The notes: generated by a model from the sequence alone, not told the origin. A DNA stretch of 64,000 nt from Octopus vulgaris (GCA_951406725.2 OX597817.1:54622001-54686000); one strand, 5' to 3'. Positions 1 to 13,394 are shown, numbered from the stretch's first letter. A program made the numbers and translations.

Positions 1-52
1 ATTGTATTCGCCTTGGGATGTCTTGCCATATTGACGTACAGTGTATATCTAT

Positions 53-56
53 ACCT

Positions 57-131
<75 letters not shown>

Positions 132-256
132 CATATATATAATCTCCATACAAACACTTTGACACGTATATATACATACACATGCATGCGTACATACAGA
201 CACATATACATGCATGCATTCATACATATATACATACATGCATGCATACATACATG
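53..256. repeat. (TA)n/(TACA)n compound microsatellite
   Basis: Direct inspection; one of dozens of such tracts. Confidence 0.95.
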
Positions 257-944
257 TTGAAACATAGCATCTGTTCAAGACTTGTGAATTAAAAAAAAAT
301 GGTTGAATACATGATTTAGACTGACAGAAACATAATAAATATTGGTAGAATTATTTGCCGAAACCAAACACTGTAGGAACTACAGAACCATATAATGTCC
401 ACAGCTTTTGTCTTTCAATCTATTCTTTATCTCAATTTGATCTTATAACCTTTCTTTATGTGTTCCACCACACTCATCCAGCCACAGTTCCAAAATCCAT
501 TCCGATCAGACATGGTTTCTTCTGGATTGTTAAAGCTAGACATTGCCGTAATACAGAAGGCGTCTGTAAACTTACATAGAAAGTGTCCCATCAGAATTAG
601 CTTGACATGGATTTTATTCCTTCTATTGATAAAGTGATGGTAGTGGGGGAGACTATGCTTGTCAAAGAGGATAGATGTAAGGGGGCGGGCAGGTGGGGGT
701 GGCGAAGTCTGTTATGGAACTGATGTTGAGGATGGAAGTGACAGCGGAAATTCCCTGGTGAACTGACTTACGTTGAGTTGAAATTTTCTGTGTATATATA
801 TGGCGGAATAAAGAAGGCTGGGAAAGAACGAAGTGGATAGAGTGGAGTGTGGGAATGCATACGTGTATGATGCAGAGAACAGGGGTGAAGGTGTGTCTAG
901 CCACATGCTTTTCAGTGTGTGCACTTGAATGTATCTTATGTAAC

Positions 945-1130
945 TTGTTTTAGTTACTTAGCCGCGGCCACACCGGGGCGAAGCGCTTCGGAAACTTTTC
1001 TCAGACGAACGGATCGAAACCATGAGTTATTTCTAAAACCTCGTACTTATTTCATCAGTATCTTTTGATACATGCATAAACAAACCAACACCGGTTGTCA
1101 AATGGTGCTGGGAAATAAATTACAGGCAAG
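945..1130 (-). mobile_element. Degenerate 3' half of tRNA-derived SINE family A
   Basis: Resembles 41950-42150 (acttgttt..gcggcca..tacttatt..aacaccggttgtcaa). Confidence 0.6.
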
Positions 1131-1154
1131 CACCTCCTCTCATATATATATATA

Positions 1155-1395
1155 TATATACATATTAGAGGGGAACCACTATGTGGACACATTTATGCTA
1201 GAATTAGATCCGCTATGGTCGTAGTAAGACCAGACCTGATCTATTTCTAGCATAAGGGTGTCCACATAGTGGTTTTCCTCTAATATGTATATAAAACAAT
1301 TTTGCTGAACGTTCAGTTTTTTTATATGCTAGACCACTGGTGTGAAATCAATGTTAATTAAATTAGTATCTAATTTCTCACCCTCATTTTAAATT

Positions 1396-1396
<1 letters not shown>
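1155..1396. mobile_element. TA-flanked palindromic non-coding element (PLE-like pLTR pair plus tail)
   Basis: Inverted arms about 1155-1210 and 1238-1293, then an unpaired tail to (TA)n; arm and tail resemble 9135-9300 (ttctagcat..agtgg..ttcctc; gctag..cactgg..tgaaa). Confidence 0.6.
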
Positions 1397-1494
<98 letters not shown>

Positions 1495-1787
1495 AAAATG
1501 CACACACAGACATATATAGAGATACTTGATCAAAGTGGGTATATAAAGAATCGAAGTATAACAAAGTGAGGCATGTCACAATTATTGGCTAGACAAATTA
1601 ACGCAAATCAGATAGGTAATCCATCATAATGTTCCCATCCTAATGTTAAATAGATTATGCACTTTTCAGAAGAAATTTGAATGCCCGCTAGGAAATAAGT
1701 GCCTGACCAAAAACGTTGTATTTAAATAAAAATGTTAAGACTAATTTACGTACTTTCATTCACGTAATTTCCACTTCTTCCATTTCT

Positions 1788-2070
1788 AAATCATGATTAT
1801 GTAATCATCTTCATACATTTAGATGAAGAGATAAAGCAAAAACAACAGTGTTCTCCGCAAAAGACTGGGACTTTAATGACAAAAATAACTATTATCATCT
1901 ATTGGAACATCGCTCGTCACGCTAAAATTTATGTTAGTGTTAGATATGGTTGCAATCTCTGCAGCTTGGAAAGGTTGAAAATCTTAAAATGTGCATTTGA
2001 TGTTGTAAATACACCGGATGAATTAACGATGAAATGGCCGCATTATATCGGTAGAATTTTCTTATACTTT
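1788..2070 (+). pseudogene. Penelope-like element GIY-YIG endonuclease C-terminal remnant
   Basis: Two frames give LCNHLHTF..DKAKTTVFSAKDWDF and IYWNIARHAKIY..CNLCSLERLKIL..VVNTPDELTMKWPH, matching the PLE pattern NH..SF..T.LS..IW / W.I..A..Y..C.LC..EK..I..LN...EL...C.H; stops and a frameshift. Confidence 0.7.
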
Positions 2071-2121
2071 AAACCAATTCTTTACAGGTTTCCCCGAATG
2101 CTACATATGTATGTATGTATG

Positions 2122-2280
<159 letters not shown>

Positions 2281-2301
2281 GAGATAGAGAGAGAGAGAGA
2301 G

Positions 2302-2540
2302 AGAGAGAAGATAGGAAATGGAGCAATAATTAACAATGAGAAGTGGATCATTGGTGTTTAAAAGTCATTATTTAATTCAATTTGGAACATATACACCTGT
2401 TTCTGTTCATCAAATCGGAGTAAATTTGATAAAGAGAAACAGCTGTAAATGTTCTACATTCAATTGAATAATGACTTTTAAACACCAATGATCCACTTTT
2501 CATTGTTATTTATTGCTCCATTTCTTATCTTCTCTCTATA
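2302..2540. mobile_element. Palindromic element with degenerate hammerhead remnant
   Basis: Arms about 2302-2415 and 2424-2540; GAAACAGCTGTA at 2436-2447 preceded by ttgataa; next to TA/GA microsatellite. Confidence 0.65.
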
Positions 2541-2693
2541 TATTAAACCACGGTTTTACCTTTGAATTACCTACTACCGTATAACTTATAACGAGGACTA
2601 TACATAGCGAGGTAATACACAAGGAATGCCTACGGATACAGCTATCCCTCAGATAGCTGTATTTATCCCTTAGATAGCTGTACCGTTATCAAA

Positions 2694-2774
2694 TGGGTAG
2701 CCATTATGGGTATATTGGACATCATATATTTGTACCTCAGTGTCACTTTGATGGTATGTGCTGCTCTGTCACCC
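2694..2774 (+). mobile_element. 3' fragment of AAT-associated element E
   Basis: Matches 36410-36490 (cagtgtcactttgatgg..gctctgtcaccc) and is followed by (AAT)n. Confidence 0.7.
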
Positions 2775-2781
2775 AATAATA

Positions 2782-2842
<61 letters not shown>

Positions 2843-2882
2843 CAACAATAACAACATCAATAACAATAACAACAACACCAAC

Positions 2883-2931
<49 letters not shown>

Positions 2932-2945
2932 TTAATAACACTAGA

Positions 2946-3342
2946 CAGTGGCTCTCATGGCTTCTGATCTTAATTGATTGGAAGTGTTATCATGTACATT
3001 ATTTTGTCTTGGAATAAAAGATGGACTACAGCAAATATTCTGCTCAATATTTGCTTGTCAGTTGTTTGACCTTAACCAATTGAGAGGAATTCTTGTAGGT
3101 TTGGATAATTCACCTTTAGAAGCATGGGTGGTTCGTTCAGCACCCTTAAACAATCCTTATTCAGGGACCTTTTTGAGCGTGATGGGTTACTCCACCAGAA
3201 GAAAATTCCAACTGGGCCCCACTTGCAAGGTCATGCACTGTTCCTGGTGTACTCTTATCAGACGAGTAGTAATGATGTGTATACTGGGCTTCGTATATTT
3301 TACTCCAGTGTCACTTTGATGGCATGCACTGCTCTCTCACTC
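2946..3342 (+). mobile_element. AAT-associated non-coding element E (internally deleted)
   Basis: Highly similar to 23041-23560 and 35937-36490; (AAT)n on both sides; ends ctctctcactc. Confidence 0.85.
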
Positions 3343-4280
3343 AATAATAATAATAATGATAATAATAATAATAATAATAATAATTGCTTCTGATTTAGAC
3401 ACACGACCAGTGTAAATGACGATATATAATTCGAAAAGCTAAAAAAAGAGAAGAAAATATATATAAAAATAAAATGAGAGGCTGAGAAAAAGAAAGTCTC
3501 CCTTCGAGATGGAGAGAGTCTTGTGTGAGACATAAATATTATTTTCGGTTTACTTTCAAAAATAGAAGTAATTCTTGGTGTTAGGGTTAGAGAGAGATTT
3601 TTTTGGTATTTTCTGGTTCCCAACATTTGTTTCAATAAAATACATATATTCACAAAAAAAAACAGGAAATAAAAGAAAAAAAGAGAAAAAACATTAAAAA
3701 TCGAAAAAAAAAAAGCCACAGTAAAAACACTCACACAAAAAACGTAAAGAACATAGAAATAAGATTAGACCGAAGGGAAAAGGAAGGAGAGTGGGAAAGA
3801 AAGAAAGAAAGAGAAAGCAAAGGCTGTTGCTGTTGTTGTTGGTGGTGGTAGTGGTGATTAGGTGGTGGTGGAGGTGGTGGTATTGGTGGTGGTGGTGGTG
3901 GCAGATAAAGACAGGAGATGAATGCAAGAAAAAAATCTAGAAGACGTCGAATATATTGGATTTCATCCGGCTGTAGTTTCTAAGTGAAGGTGGCTCCATC
4001 TAGGCTAAAATTTATCTTACGGCTAAAGCAGACATAAATATTCCAACGGGATTATGGATGGATGTACATATATGTATTTACACACACACACACACACGCA
4101 CGTACATGTTTATATGCATATATATATATATGTAAATATATCCATTAAGGAATACGTATATATACATACAGAAGCGCACTTACATAAACATAGAAACATT
4201 CTTATACGTGCAAATATATACAAGCACGAAACATACATATATACCTTCATATATACCTTCATATATACATATATATGTGA

Positions 4281-4316
<36 letters not shown>

Positions 4317-4428
4317 TAATATTATACATATATATATAATAAATTATATATATATATGTATATATATAAATATATATATACTTATAAATACATACATATG
4401 TTTATATATATATGGATATATATATATA

Positions 4429-4488
<60 letters not shown>

Positions 4489-5019
4489 TATACGTATATA
4501 TACATATGTGTGTGTGTGTGTGTATTCACACACATATAACACACACACATACATCCACACAAGCGCCCCAAACGTGCACCACAAACATACGTGCATGCAT
4601 TCGTAGAAACCCACACGAATACACTCAGAATACAGCTCCGCCATACGCACACGCACAAGGGAACATGATATAACTTGCAGATTTTGGTAACTTAATATTT
4701 ATTCATATTCGAGAATATCTCACGAGTATTTGAGGGAGGAAACAGAGTGAAAGAAAGAGAGAATATGAGTGGTAGTGGCAGGTGTGTGTGTGTGGTGACA
4801 GAGAGTTATAGAGAGAGAGCGGTATTATAGAGAACGAGAGTGGACGTTGTATTGTGGTGTTGGTGGTGGTGGTGATGGTGGCTGCGTAGTAAAATAAATC
4901 TGTCTACTTATATTATCGTGACAGAAATGTACGTAGTTTTATTGAAGCGCTACCTTGTGGCCCTTTCTATCTAATATATTCATTTCTTACCCCTCACTTC
5001 CACCCCACCTACCCTTTCC

Positions 5020-5232
5020 CTCCTCCTCCTCCGCCTCCACCTCCTCCTCCTCCGCCTCCACATCCACCTCCGCCTCCACCTCCACCTCCGCCTCCACCTC
5101 CTCCTCCGCCTCCGCCTCCACCTCCTCCTCCGCCTCCGCCTCCACCTCCACCTCCTCCTCCACCTCCTCCTCCCCTTTAGTCCTCCTCTACGTGTTTGTT
5201 GTCGCTGCCGCTTTGGTGGTTGTTGTTGTTAA

Positions 5233-5299
<67 letters not shown>

Positions 5300-5430
5300 T
5301 CCGTGGCTGCTCCTGCTGCCATTACCACTACATTTCAACGTCACCGCCGCCATCACCCCGACGGCTACCACCATCATCGAGAACATCATGATCATGATGA
5401 TGATCATCATCATCAACAACATCATCATCC
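5020..5430. repeat. Compound (CCT/CCA/CCG), (CTA), (CTG), (CAT) microsatellites
   Basis: Direct inspection. Confidence 0.9.
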
Positions 5431-7043
5431 CTATACATTAATTCCTTTTTCCCTTCCTTCAATCATTTCCTTACCCCACCCACCTCAACTCTTCTTTCCC
5501 ACCTCCAACTCCATTGTCCTTCATCCAACCATTCTTCCCTTTTATATTTCTTGGGTTTCGCGTGTTTTTATTATTTTTGTCTTTTTGCTTTCTTTTTGTC
5601 TCTGATTTTCCTTTCCGTTTATTTTTCTCATTTTCTATCCTACCCTGACGTTTAAATCCTCTCCTTACAAGATTTAGGACTAGCAGAACCTCACTACATG
5701 TTGTAAAAGGTTTTAACTTACAATATATTACAATTTGTGCCTACAATTAAAGAAACCCTTTCACTTTCCCCTCCACCTTCTACCTAACCCCACTGTCCAT
5801 CATTCTATTTCTGCTTCTTACTTTCACTTTCACTTTCTCCGACAACATTGTTGAACTACTTCGGTTTAACTCATAAAACACAGACTCTACATGGCCATCA
5901 CTGTGAGATGATGGCATGCCGTGGCTGCGTGCTGTCCGTGTCCCCTTGACAGTTGGAACACCGTCAATAACTTTACGTAATATCATATTGCTACGTTTAG
6001 CGAGTAAACGAGAGAGGGGATCAAATGAGGAGCAGACCGGCGACCGAATAAATGTGAGCGCACATTGCCGAGAGAGCGAGTTAACGGGAAAAGGACATAC
6101 CAGGAGAGAGCGAATTCAAGAAAATAACAATTTAACAGGGAGTGGCTTTTGGGAGAACAAATTCATAGGAGAACGAAATACTGAAGGCGTGAGTTAATGG
6201 TGCAACATTTTTGTGGAAGAATGAGTTCATAAGAGTGCGGAGCGCAAAAAGGATGAGCTCACGGTGGAACGACAATAATGAATTAAAACCCATCGAAGCC
6301 CTAAGCATTTAAAAGATTTTGGTGGCTCCACATTTATGTAATTCAAAATAGAAACAACAATAAACCATAAAATAATTGTTATTTTTTTTCAAAATGAAAC
6401 AAAGCTAACGGTAACATGGAAACTAATGCTTCTTTTTTCGTATACTTCTATTTTTTAAAAATATTTGAATAGTTTTCTCCTACTTCAATTGCGAAGTCCT
6501 TAAAATTAATTACAAAGTTTAAATGAAAAATTTAAGTGCAAATTCCTCAAAATTAATCTGCTTCGATACTTAGTAGAGACAAAGCATTCCGAATATTATC
6601 TTAGCGAGTCTAAAGTGATTTCTTTTGTGCCGTAAACGATTTACACTTGCGGTAATGGACTCCTTCACTTGAAGCCCTAAGCGTGTGTTTACTTTTATTA
6701 ATGGTTAATCCAGTGCGGTGTGTTTTAGTGTGAGAATGAGTTTATGGGAGAGCGAAGTACTGAAGTATTCAGTTAAGGGTGGAGCAATTTACGAGGACAG
6801 CGAGTTGGTGAGAGCTTAACTGGGGAATGATACACACAAACAGTGAGTCAACGAGAGAACAAACCGAATAGGGATTGAGTTAGTGGAAGAGCAAGTTAAC
6901 AGGGAAACATGTGAAAGAAGAAACGTGTGTAAATATATAAGGAGATGGAAATCATGGAAGAACATGTCCACAAAAGCTCCGACCATCGACGGAGCGATTT
7001 AACGAAAATTTAACGAAGTAAATCAGTGAAAAATAGAACCAGA

Positions 7044-7349
7044 AGAAGGTGACTTGGCAAAAACGTTAGCACGCCGGGCGAAATGTTTCGTTCTAAGTTC
7101 AAATTCCGTCGAGGTCGACTTTGCCTTTCATCCTTTCGGGGTCGATAAATTAAGTACCAGTTACTCACTGGGGTCGATGTAATCGACTTAATCCGTTTGT
7201 CTGTTCTTGTTCGTCCCCTCTGTGTTTAGCCCCTTGTGGGTAGTAAAGAAATAGGTATTTCGTCTGTCTTTATGTTCAGAGTTCAAATTCCGCCGAGGTC
7301 GACTTTGCCTTTTATCCTTTCCGGGTCGATAAATTAAGTACCAGTTGTG
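7044..7349 (+). mobile_element. tRNA-derived SINE family C, partial dimer
   Basis: A-box-like tggcaaaaacgttagc and B-box gttcaaattcc; body gaggtcgactttgcctttcatcctttcggggtcgataaattaagtacc occurs twice; many other copies in the window. Confidence 0.85.
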
Positions 7350-7351
7350 TA

Positions 7352-7908
7352 CGAGGGTGAGTCAAAAAGTAATGCCATTTTGTTTAGGACAAGTATAATT
7401 ACCAACACAGGAACATGAATCATACATCAAAATGTAGCTGGTCCTCTGTGGGTCACATCCCTACTTCTCAAGATAGTCACCGTCTCTCTCAAAAGCAATG
7501 TTCCACCTTCGAATGAGAGCATGTATCCCTGCCCCGTAAAATTCTGTTGACTGTTCCTTGAGCCATTTCTTCACTACCTCCACACTCACCAGATTTAGCG
7601 CCTTCAGACTATCATCTCTTTGGCGCCATGAAAGAGGGTTTGAGAGGCAAACATTACTCCTGTGACAAGGAAGTGAAAACTGTAGTGAAGAAGTGGCTCA
7701 AAAAACAGTCAACAGAATTTTACGGGGCAGGGATGCATGCTCTTATTCGAAGGTGGAACATTACTGTTGAGAGAAACGGTGGATTATGTTGAGAAGTAGG
7801 GATGTGATCCACAGGGGGCCAGCTTCATTTTGATGTGTGATACATGTTCCTGTATTGGTAATTATACCTGTCCTAAACAAAATGGCATTAATTTTTGACA
7901 CGCCCTCT
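7352..7908. mobile_element. Mariner-derived palindromic MITE
   Basis: TA at 7350-7351 and 7909-7910; arms 7352-7577 and 7682-7908 (about 226 bp); 7577-7800 encodes PPHSPDLAPSDYHLFGAMKEGLRGKHY..RW, the mariner transposase C-terminus. Confidence 0.92.
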
Positions 7909-8631
7909 TATAAATTTGACGTAGCAAACGGCTTTATTTTGAGGAACATTTCTAGTGTGAGAAATGACAACCTAGCAGACGTGAAACATGGCTGAATGGA
8001 AGAGTATAGCTTGGGCTTCTTTTATAGTGGAGGTCTGAAAACGCCACATCCGGGTTATGAATCTCAGAGCTATAAAAGTATTTTAGAAACGAAACCCACG
8101 GATGAGAAAATAGTCGAAAAACGAGGCTGAACTTTAAATCTATCAGAGTTACTCTCCTGAGATTGGTTCTTTTAGTCAATGTTATTCACGTGAGTATTCA
8201 AGAGCCACTTGTAGACCATAAGATTTTGTGAAATAGAAGGCAAGCTCTTCAGATCAGCATTGGTGTAACCATGATGTTCTGTCGGTCTGATGAGCTAGCC
8301 TTTTTCATCTGCATTGATTTGTAAATGTAGTCGTACCATACAATGTGTAGCATGTATTTTGGAGCAAGCACGTAAATTAATTTTTATTATACACTGATGT
8401 TATTATTACATGTTGAATGCTGCGAAACAGCCATAATCCTACAGATACCATGTGGTTAAATAAATATATTTACCTCTAATATATTCTGACATTTTATGGT
8501 CTTCATATTCCTTATAAAATTATTTCATCGATTGGATCTCCTGGTATTCAGCTGCAAAGAACTCTGTGTTAGGCTCTTCTGTGTTGGATTTTAATATGTG
8601 GTTGCCATAGGATTCCATGAATCTGTATATT

Positions 8632-8699
<68 letters not shown>

Positions 8700-8790
8700 G
8701 CACACGCACACATACATGCATATATAAACGTATATATACAGTTTCTCTAACTTTCTTTCAATATACATACATACATGGTCTGATCATTAA

Positions 8791-8888
8791 GTGGCACCTT
8801 GGGCAAGTGTCTTCTCCTTTAGCCTCGGGCGGGTCGACCAAAGCTTTGTGAGTGGATTTGGTAGGCGGACACTGAAAGAAGCCCGGCG
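8791..8888 (+). mobile_element. SINE family A fragment
   Basis: gtggcaccttgggcaagtgtcttct..actgaaagaagccc, as in 34978-35140. Confidence 0.85.
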
Positions 8889-8956
8889 TATATATATATA
8901 TATATATATATACAGTGTACATTCATATTTATGTTTATACATTTATGTTTATATAT

Positions 8957-9302
8957 TTAACCCAAGGTGTTCCTGCTGAGGACGATTTAACCTCACGAGT
9001 ATATGTTATTTACTTGCTTAACTAAAATCAGAAACCAATTGGTCCAGGAAACTAGATGGTAAAATGTTTTTATTTTTTCATTTCGTTCTTGTCGAATTTT
9101 ATCCCTAATTTTGTGGTTATAGAACCTAGCTGTTCTTTCTAGCATGTTGAATCCCACGAGTGGATTCCTCATGTGTTTAAATGTACACTGTATTTTACGT
9201 CTAACACATAGTCTTTGGACTAAATTTTTACACGCTAGGTCACTGGAAATGAAAATTTTAATTAATTTTAATTAATATCCATTTTCCTTTGATATGATTA
9301 AG

Positions 9303-9303
<1 letters not shown>
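8957..9303 (+). mobile_element. TA-flanked HHR-bearing non-autonomous PLE-like element
   Basis: Hammerhead at the 5' end; 9090-9178 recurs at 62640-62730; ends in (TA)n. Confidence 0.6.
8970..9050 (+). ncRNA. Type I hammerhead ribozyme motif
   Basis: ttcctg-CTGAGGA-(cgattt...aaatca)-GAAAC-caattg-GTC-caggaa: 6-bp stem I, palindromic stem III (ACCAATTGGT), GUC cleavage triplet. Confidence 0.75.
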
Positions 9304-9351
<48 letters not shown>

Positions 9352-9594
9352 AGTAAAATAAGGATTCATATAGAATCAGGTACTTAAAAAGATATGCACC
9401 AGTTAGGGTTGGATAAACCTGTGGTTCTGGCCTATGGTTGGTAAGTATCAAATACAATATTCCGGTTGCGTACACAAAGAAGATCAACCTTAAGTGTTTT
9501 TAGCGCCGAGTGGCTGGTTAAAGCACACGTTACTTTGAATAATGCGTTGTTGGTATACTCTAGGGTGTCCGACGAGTCGTAAATCCCCTTCGTG

Positions 9595-9930
9595 TATTAT
9601 AATCAAATGAATAGTAACAGACGATGGATAATTGTCGGTTCATTACAGCTGTTTCTGACGCATTTTTTAATAGAAAAATGACAACATAACTCCATTACAA
9701 AGAAACCCCTTAATCATCAGATGAAATGTAATCTTACAAACAAGAATATCCCAAGAATACAACAGGGATGTGGCTGATGTCTGACGGGGCCAATTATGTA
9801 TTTTTGGGATAATTCTTTGCTTGTAAAATTACGTTTCATTTGATGATTATGGTTTTTTGTAATGATGTAATGTTTACAAGAAACAGCTGTAATGAGCTGA
9901 CAATTATCCTTCGTCTGTTATTATTCATTT

Positions 9931-9935
<5 letters not shown>
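9595..9935. mobile_element. Palindromic element with a hammerhead motif in each arm
   Basis: Minus 9639-9725: ttcat-CTGATGA-long insert-GAAACAGCTGTA-atgaa. Plus 9835-9896: ttcat-TTGATGA..GAAACAGCTGTA-atgag. (TA)n on the right. Confidence 0.7.
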
Positions 9936-9974
<39 letters not shown>

Positions 9975-9999
9975 TTATGTGTGTGTGCGCAGGGGTTCT

Positions 10000-10190
10000 T
10001 CGTATCAGTTTATCCCCGTGATCGCTTGACAAGCAGTGTTTGTGTGGTTGCATTCCCGTAATTTTGATGTGCAGCGAAAGGGACCACTAAAATAAGTATG
10101 AGGCTTTACAAACAACAAAGAATTCTTAAAGGCGGTGCTCCAGCATTGCCGCAGTCTAATGACTGATAAAAAGTAACGGATAAAAGTTAA
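10000..10190 (+). mobile_element. SINE family A 3' half
   Basis: aaggcggtgctccagcattgccgcagtctaatgactga tail motif. Confidence 0.7.
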
Positions 10191-11071
10191 ATGATATACA
10201 TACATACTTTCAGCTATATACATACATTCTCTTTCACTTGTTATGTATTGCAGAAGACAAAAAGATGGTACCTCTATTAGAAGTTGGTACAGGGAACAAT
10301 CTTCGTTTCTTTTGTTAGACATAAAAACGAAAAAAGAAGAAAACCAATGACGAAAATTCTGAAGAACCAATTCCAATTAATCAGAAAACAAAACAAAAAA
10401 AAAAAAACAACAAAAAACAAACAAACACACCGAGTCATTCAGAGAAGCAAAGAAAATACAAAAGAAAAAAAATCAACTTTTATCGAATCAGGCAGAGAAA
10501 GTAAAAGAACAACGAAAGATATAAAAATCCAGCGCCATATTGGATATCACATTGCGTCTATATTACGATTGTGCCCAGGAGTTCTCCATTTTGCTCAATT
10601 GATATGCTAGGTCACGTGATAAAACGGCAAAGCTGAAAGTCACGACCTTGCCACATCCAGCATTTCAGGTGAATCAAATTGATTGGCTTCTCATGTGTCT
10701 CTATAAATGATCTAATAACAAACATTCAAAACCTTTAGCTGCCACTGTCATCGTTTGCCAAGCAGCACATCTGTAATCTTATTAAAGTCCGCTGATTATT
10801 TTTACTCGTTTGCGTTCTAATCCACACGATACGGCTGTGTTTAGGAGATTTGATATAATACTCTGCTATCAACTTAGAAAACGAGAGGAGGTGTGTTGCT
10901 GGGTTGGCGGAGGCTGGCGGGACAACGGCGACTGACTACAGAGAGGGAGATCAAATTAGATTGTTTTATTTAGTTATTTATACGTGGATTGGTTCTCTCT
11001 TTTTGATTTTGTTTCCGATATTGCTTCCACCATTTGTCTTTATGTATGGAAGAAAGACGGAAAGAAAGGAG

Positions 11072-11094
<23 letters not shown>

Positions 11095-11103
<9 letters not shown>

Positions 11104-11155
11104 ATGGCTGAGAAAGATAGGTAGATAGAACAATACTGTGAGGCAGAGAATGGGC

Positions 11156-11194
<39 letters not shown>

Positions 11195-11346
11195 TAAAAG
11201 AGAGAGAGAATGATTGAGAAAGATAGGTAGGAAGAACAATAGTGTGAGACAGAGAATGGGCGAAAGAGAGAGAGAGAGAGAAAAGAGAGAGAGAATGATT
11301 AAGAAAGATAGGTAGAAAGAACAATACTGTGAGGCAGAGAATGGGC

Positions 11347-11392
<46 letters not shown>

Positions 11393-11459
11393 AAGAGAGA
11401 GAGAATGATTGAGAAAGATAGGTAGAAAGAACTATACTGTGAGACAGAGAATGGGCGAA

Positions 11460-11495
<36 letters not shown>
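11095..11495. repeat. Minisatellite, 4 units of about 100-120 bp with variable (GA)n spacers
   Basis: Unit gagaatgattgagaaagataggtagaaagaacaatactgtgaggcagagaatgggcgaaa is repeated four times. Confidence 0.9.
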
Positions 11496-11753
11496 TGAGG
11501 GATATACAAGGAAAGAAGCAAGGATAATTGTTATGAGTAAATTGATTCTGGAAATGATACCCAGAACGACCATTGCTAACTGTAAATTGATGAAGGAAAG
11601 AGAAAACTTATCGCATCTCATTATCAGACAAACGAGTGGATAGGGCGATAGGAGAGCGCGGGAAAGTTGCTGTTACAGCTATTTATTTCTACAATTAGCA
11701 AACCATATTCTCCGACTCTATGAATAATAATGATGACACTACAATTACTACTG

Positions 11754-11810
<57 letters not shown>

Positions 11811-13394
11811 TCTTTTTTATGGGCCACAAGTGCCCATAAATGCAATAAAAATATGTCATGCAATGAGATTACGTGTGGAATGTCCGTATGTACGCGTACG
11901 CGCACCCCCCCCACATATAATGACGAGATTAGTATAAACGTAATACAATATATTATGCTAAATTAAGTTAATATAAGAGGTTAAAATAATGCTAGAGGAA
12001 CTACTACGAAGCAGGGCAAGAGCTACATAGAGTGCCAAACTGCCATTTTCGGTAGGAATAATGCATTATGTGGCAGTGATCACCACAAAAACCGATCACT
12101 TGTTATTTGGATGTCAGGAAAAAAATTCGAGAGCTTCGGTCGTACTCTAGTCACCTCTAGTTTTGCTAGTCACCTCTGCGCTCACTCCATGTTTATTGCG
12201 TAAAGATGACGGTGAAGCTATATGTGTATAGATGTCGATGTTCATGCGTATAACTTTGCCCGTGATTCTAGTGTTCCTGTGATACTAGGATTTGTAACAC
12301 AAACTTACAGGCATGCGTGTAAGGTACCAGCTCTATTTATACCCTGAACCCGTCTCCACCATAAAAACTAGGCAAACATATATATGTGTTCTGCCCGAAC
12401 TAAATTAAGTTGTGTGTCATATTAGCCGAGGCTTTGGCCATGTTCTTTATTTAAAAGCACTTTAAAAGAGGTGTGTTAACTTCCCTCTTACTCTTTTCAG
12501 GTTAAAGTCGTCGCGCAAGGAAGCACTATCTTTTGTGATGCACCTCATCAGGACCGTATTTAAACCATGGGTGGCCCGGGTACTTCAAGTTTGGTGGGCC
12601 CCTTATACACAAGAATTAAAATCTTAGAAAATCACCAAATTTAAATCTCAAAACCCATCTATTTCAAATAATTGAATTTGATGAGTTAGCAGAGGAAGTT
12701 TAAATAAATGACCGAGAATGTTGTTTTATAGATACATTTTTTCAAAATTCAAATTTTGTTTTTCACACATCCATTTCCGGTGTTTGACTTTTCCTTCATT
12801 GTGACTTTTCCTTCTGAGTTCAAAATCGAACGAGGTCGACTTTGCTTTTAACATAAGTATCAGTCGATTACTGGGGTCGATATAATCGACTTACGAATTT
12901 GGACTAAATAAGCTCCAAGCGTCTGACATGACTATTCCATCATATTTCCAAACATATTATATCAAGCACTATACTCTAAATTTGCTCCACCATCCATTTT
13001 CAAAACTGTAGGCTTTAATATCAGTGATGCCTGCTGCTATTTCTAGTTGAATGTAGGAAGAAACAAATATACTCCCAGCTTTTTTTCTCTCTTTTCCTCA
13101 GTTGTTATTGTTCATATTGACAGATGGAATTGTAGACATTAAACGCCATAGCAGAGAGGATGCTATCCAATGTGATAATATTATAAGAATTGTTAGATTT
13201 ACGCATATTTTAAAACAAACACACACAACGGCAGAAACAGTTGTAAGCTAAGCTAATGACGTCATCTTACTTATTACCGCTCTATTTTCAGCCAATACTT
13301 CGTTCTGAAAGGAGCATATATTGAGTTCTACACCAGGTTATTAGTCATGCAACACCTAAGCGAAATATATATACACACATACACACGCGAACGT

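Noticed and set aside
400-620. Possible RTE LINE remnant on the minus strand
   Set aside because: Only a vague motif resemblance after several frameshifts; not supportable by eye.
4955-5605. 216-aa Ser/Thr/Ala/His-rich ORF resembling a transcription-factor low-complexity region
   Set aside because: Composed of trinucleotide microsatellites with a TTG start; no recognisable domain or splice support.
11095-11495. Regularly spaced repeats suggestive of a CRISPR array
   Set aside because: Spacers are (GA)n, not unique; eukaryotic context; no cas genes.
12495-12555. Minus-strand CTGATGA..TGAAA hammerhead candidate and plus-strand splice acceptor
   Set aside because: No stem III or stem I pairing; no convincing donor or reading frame.
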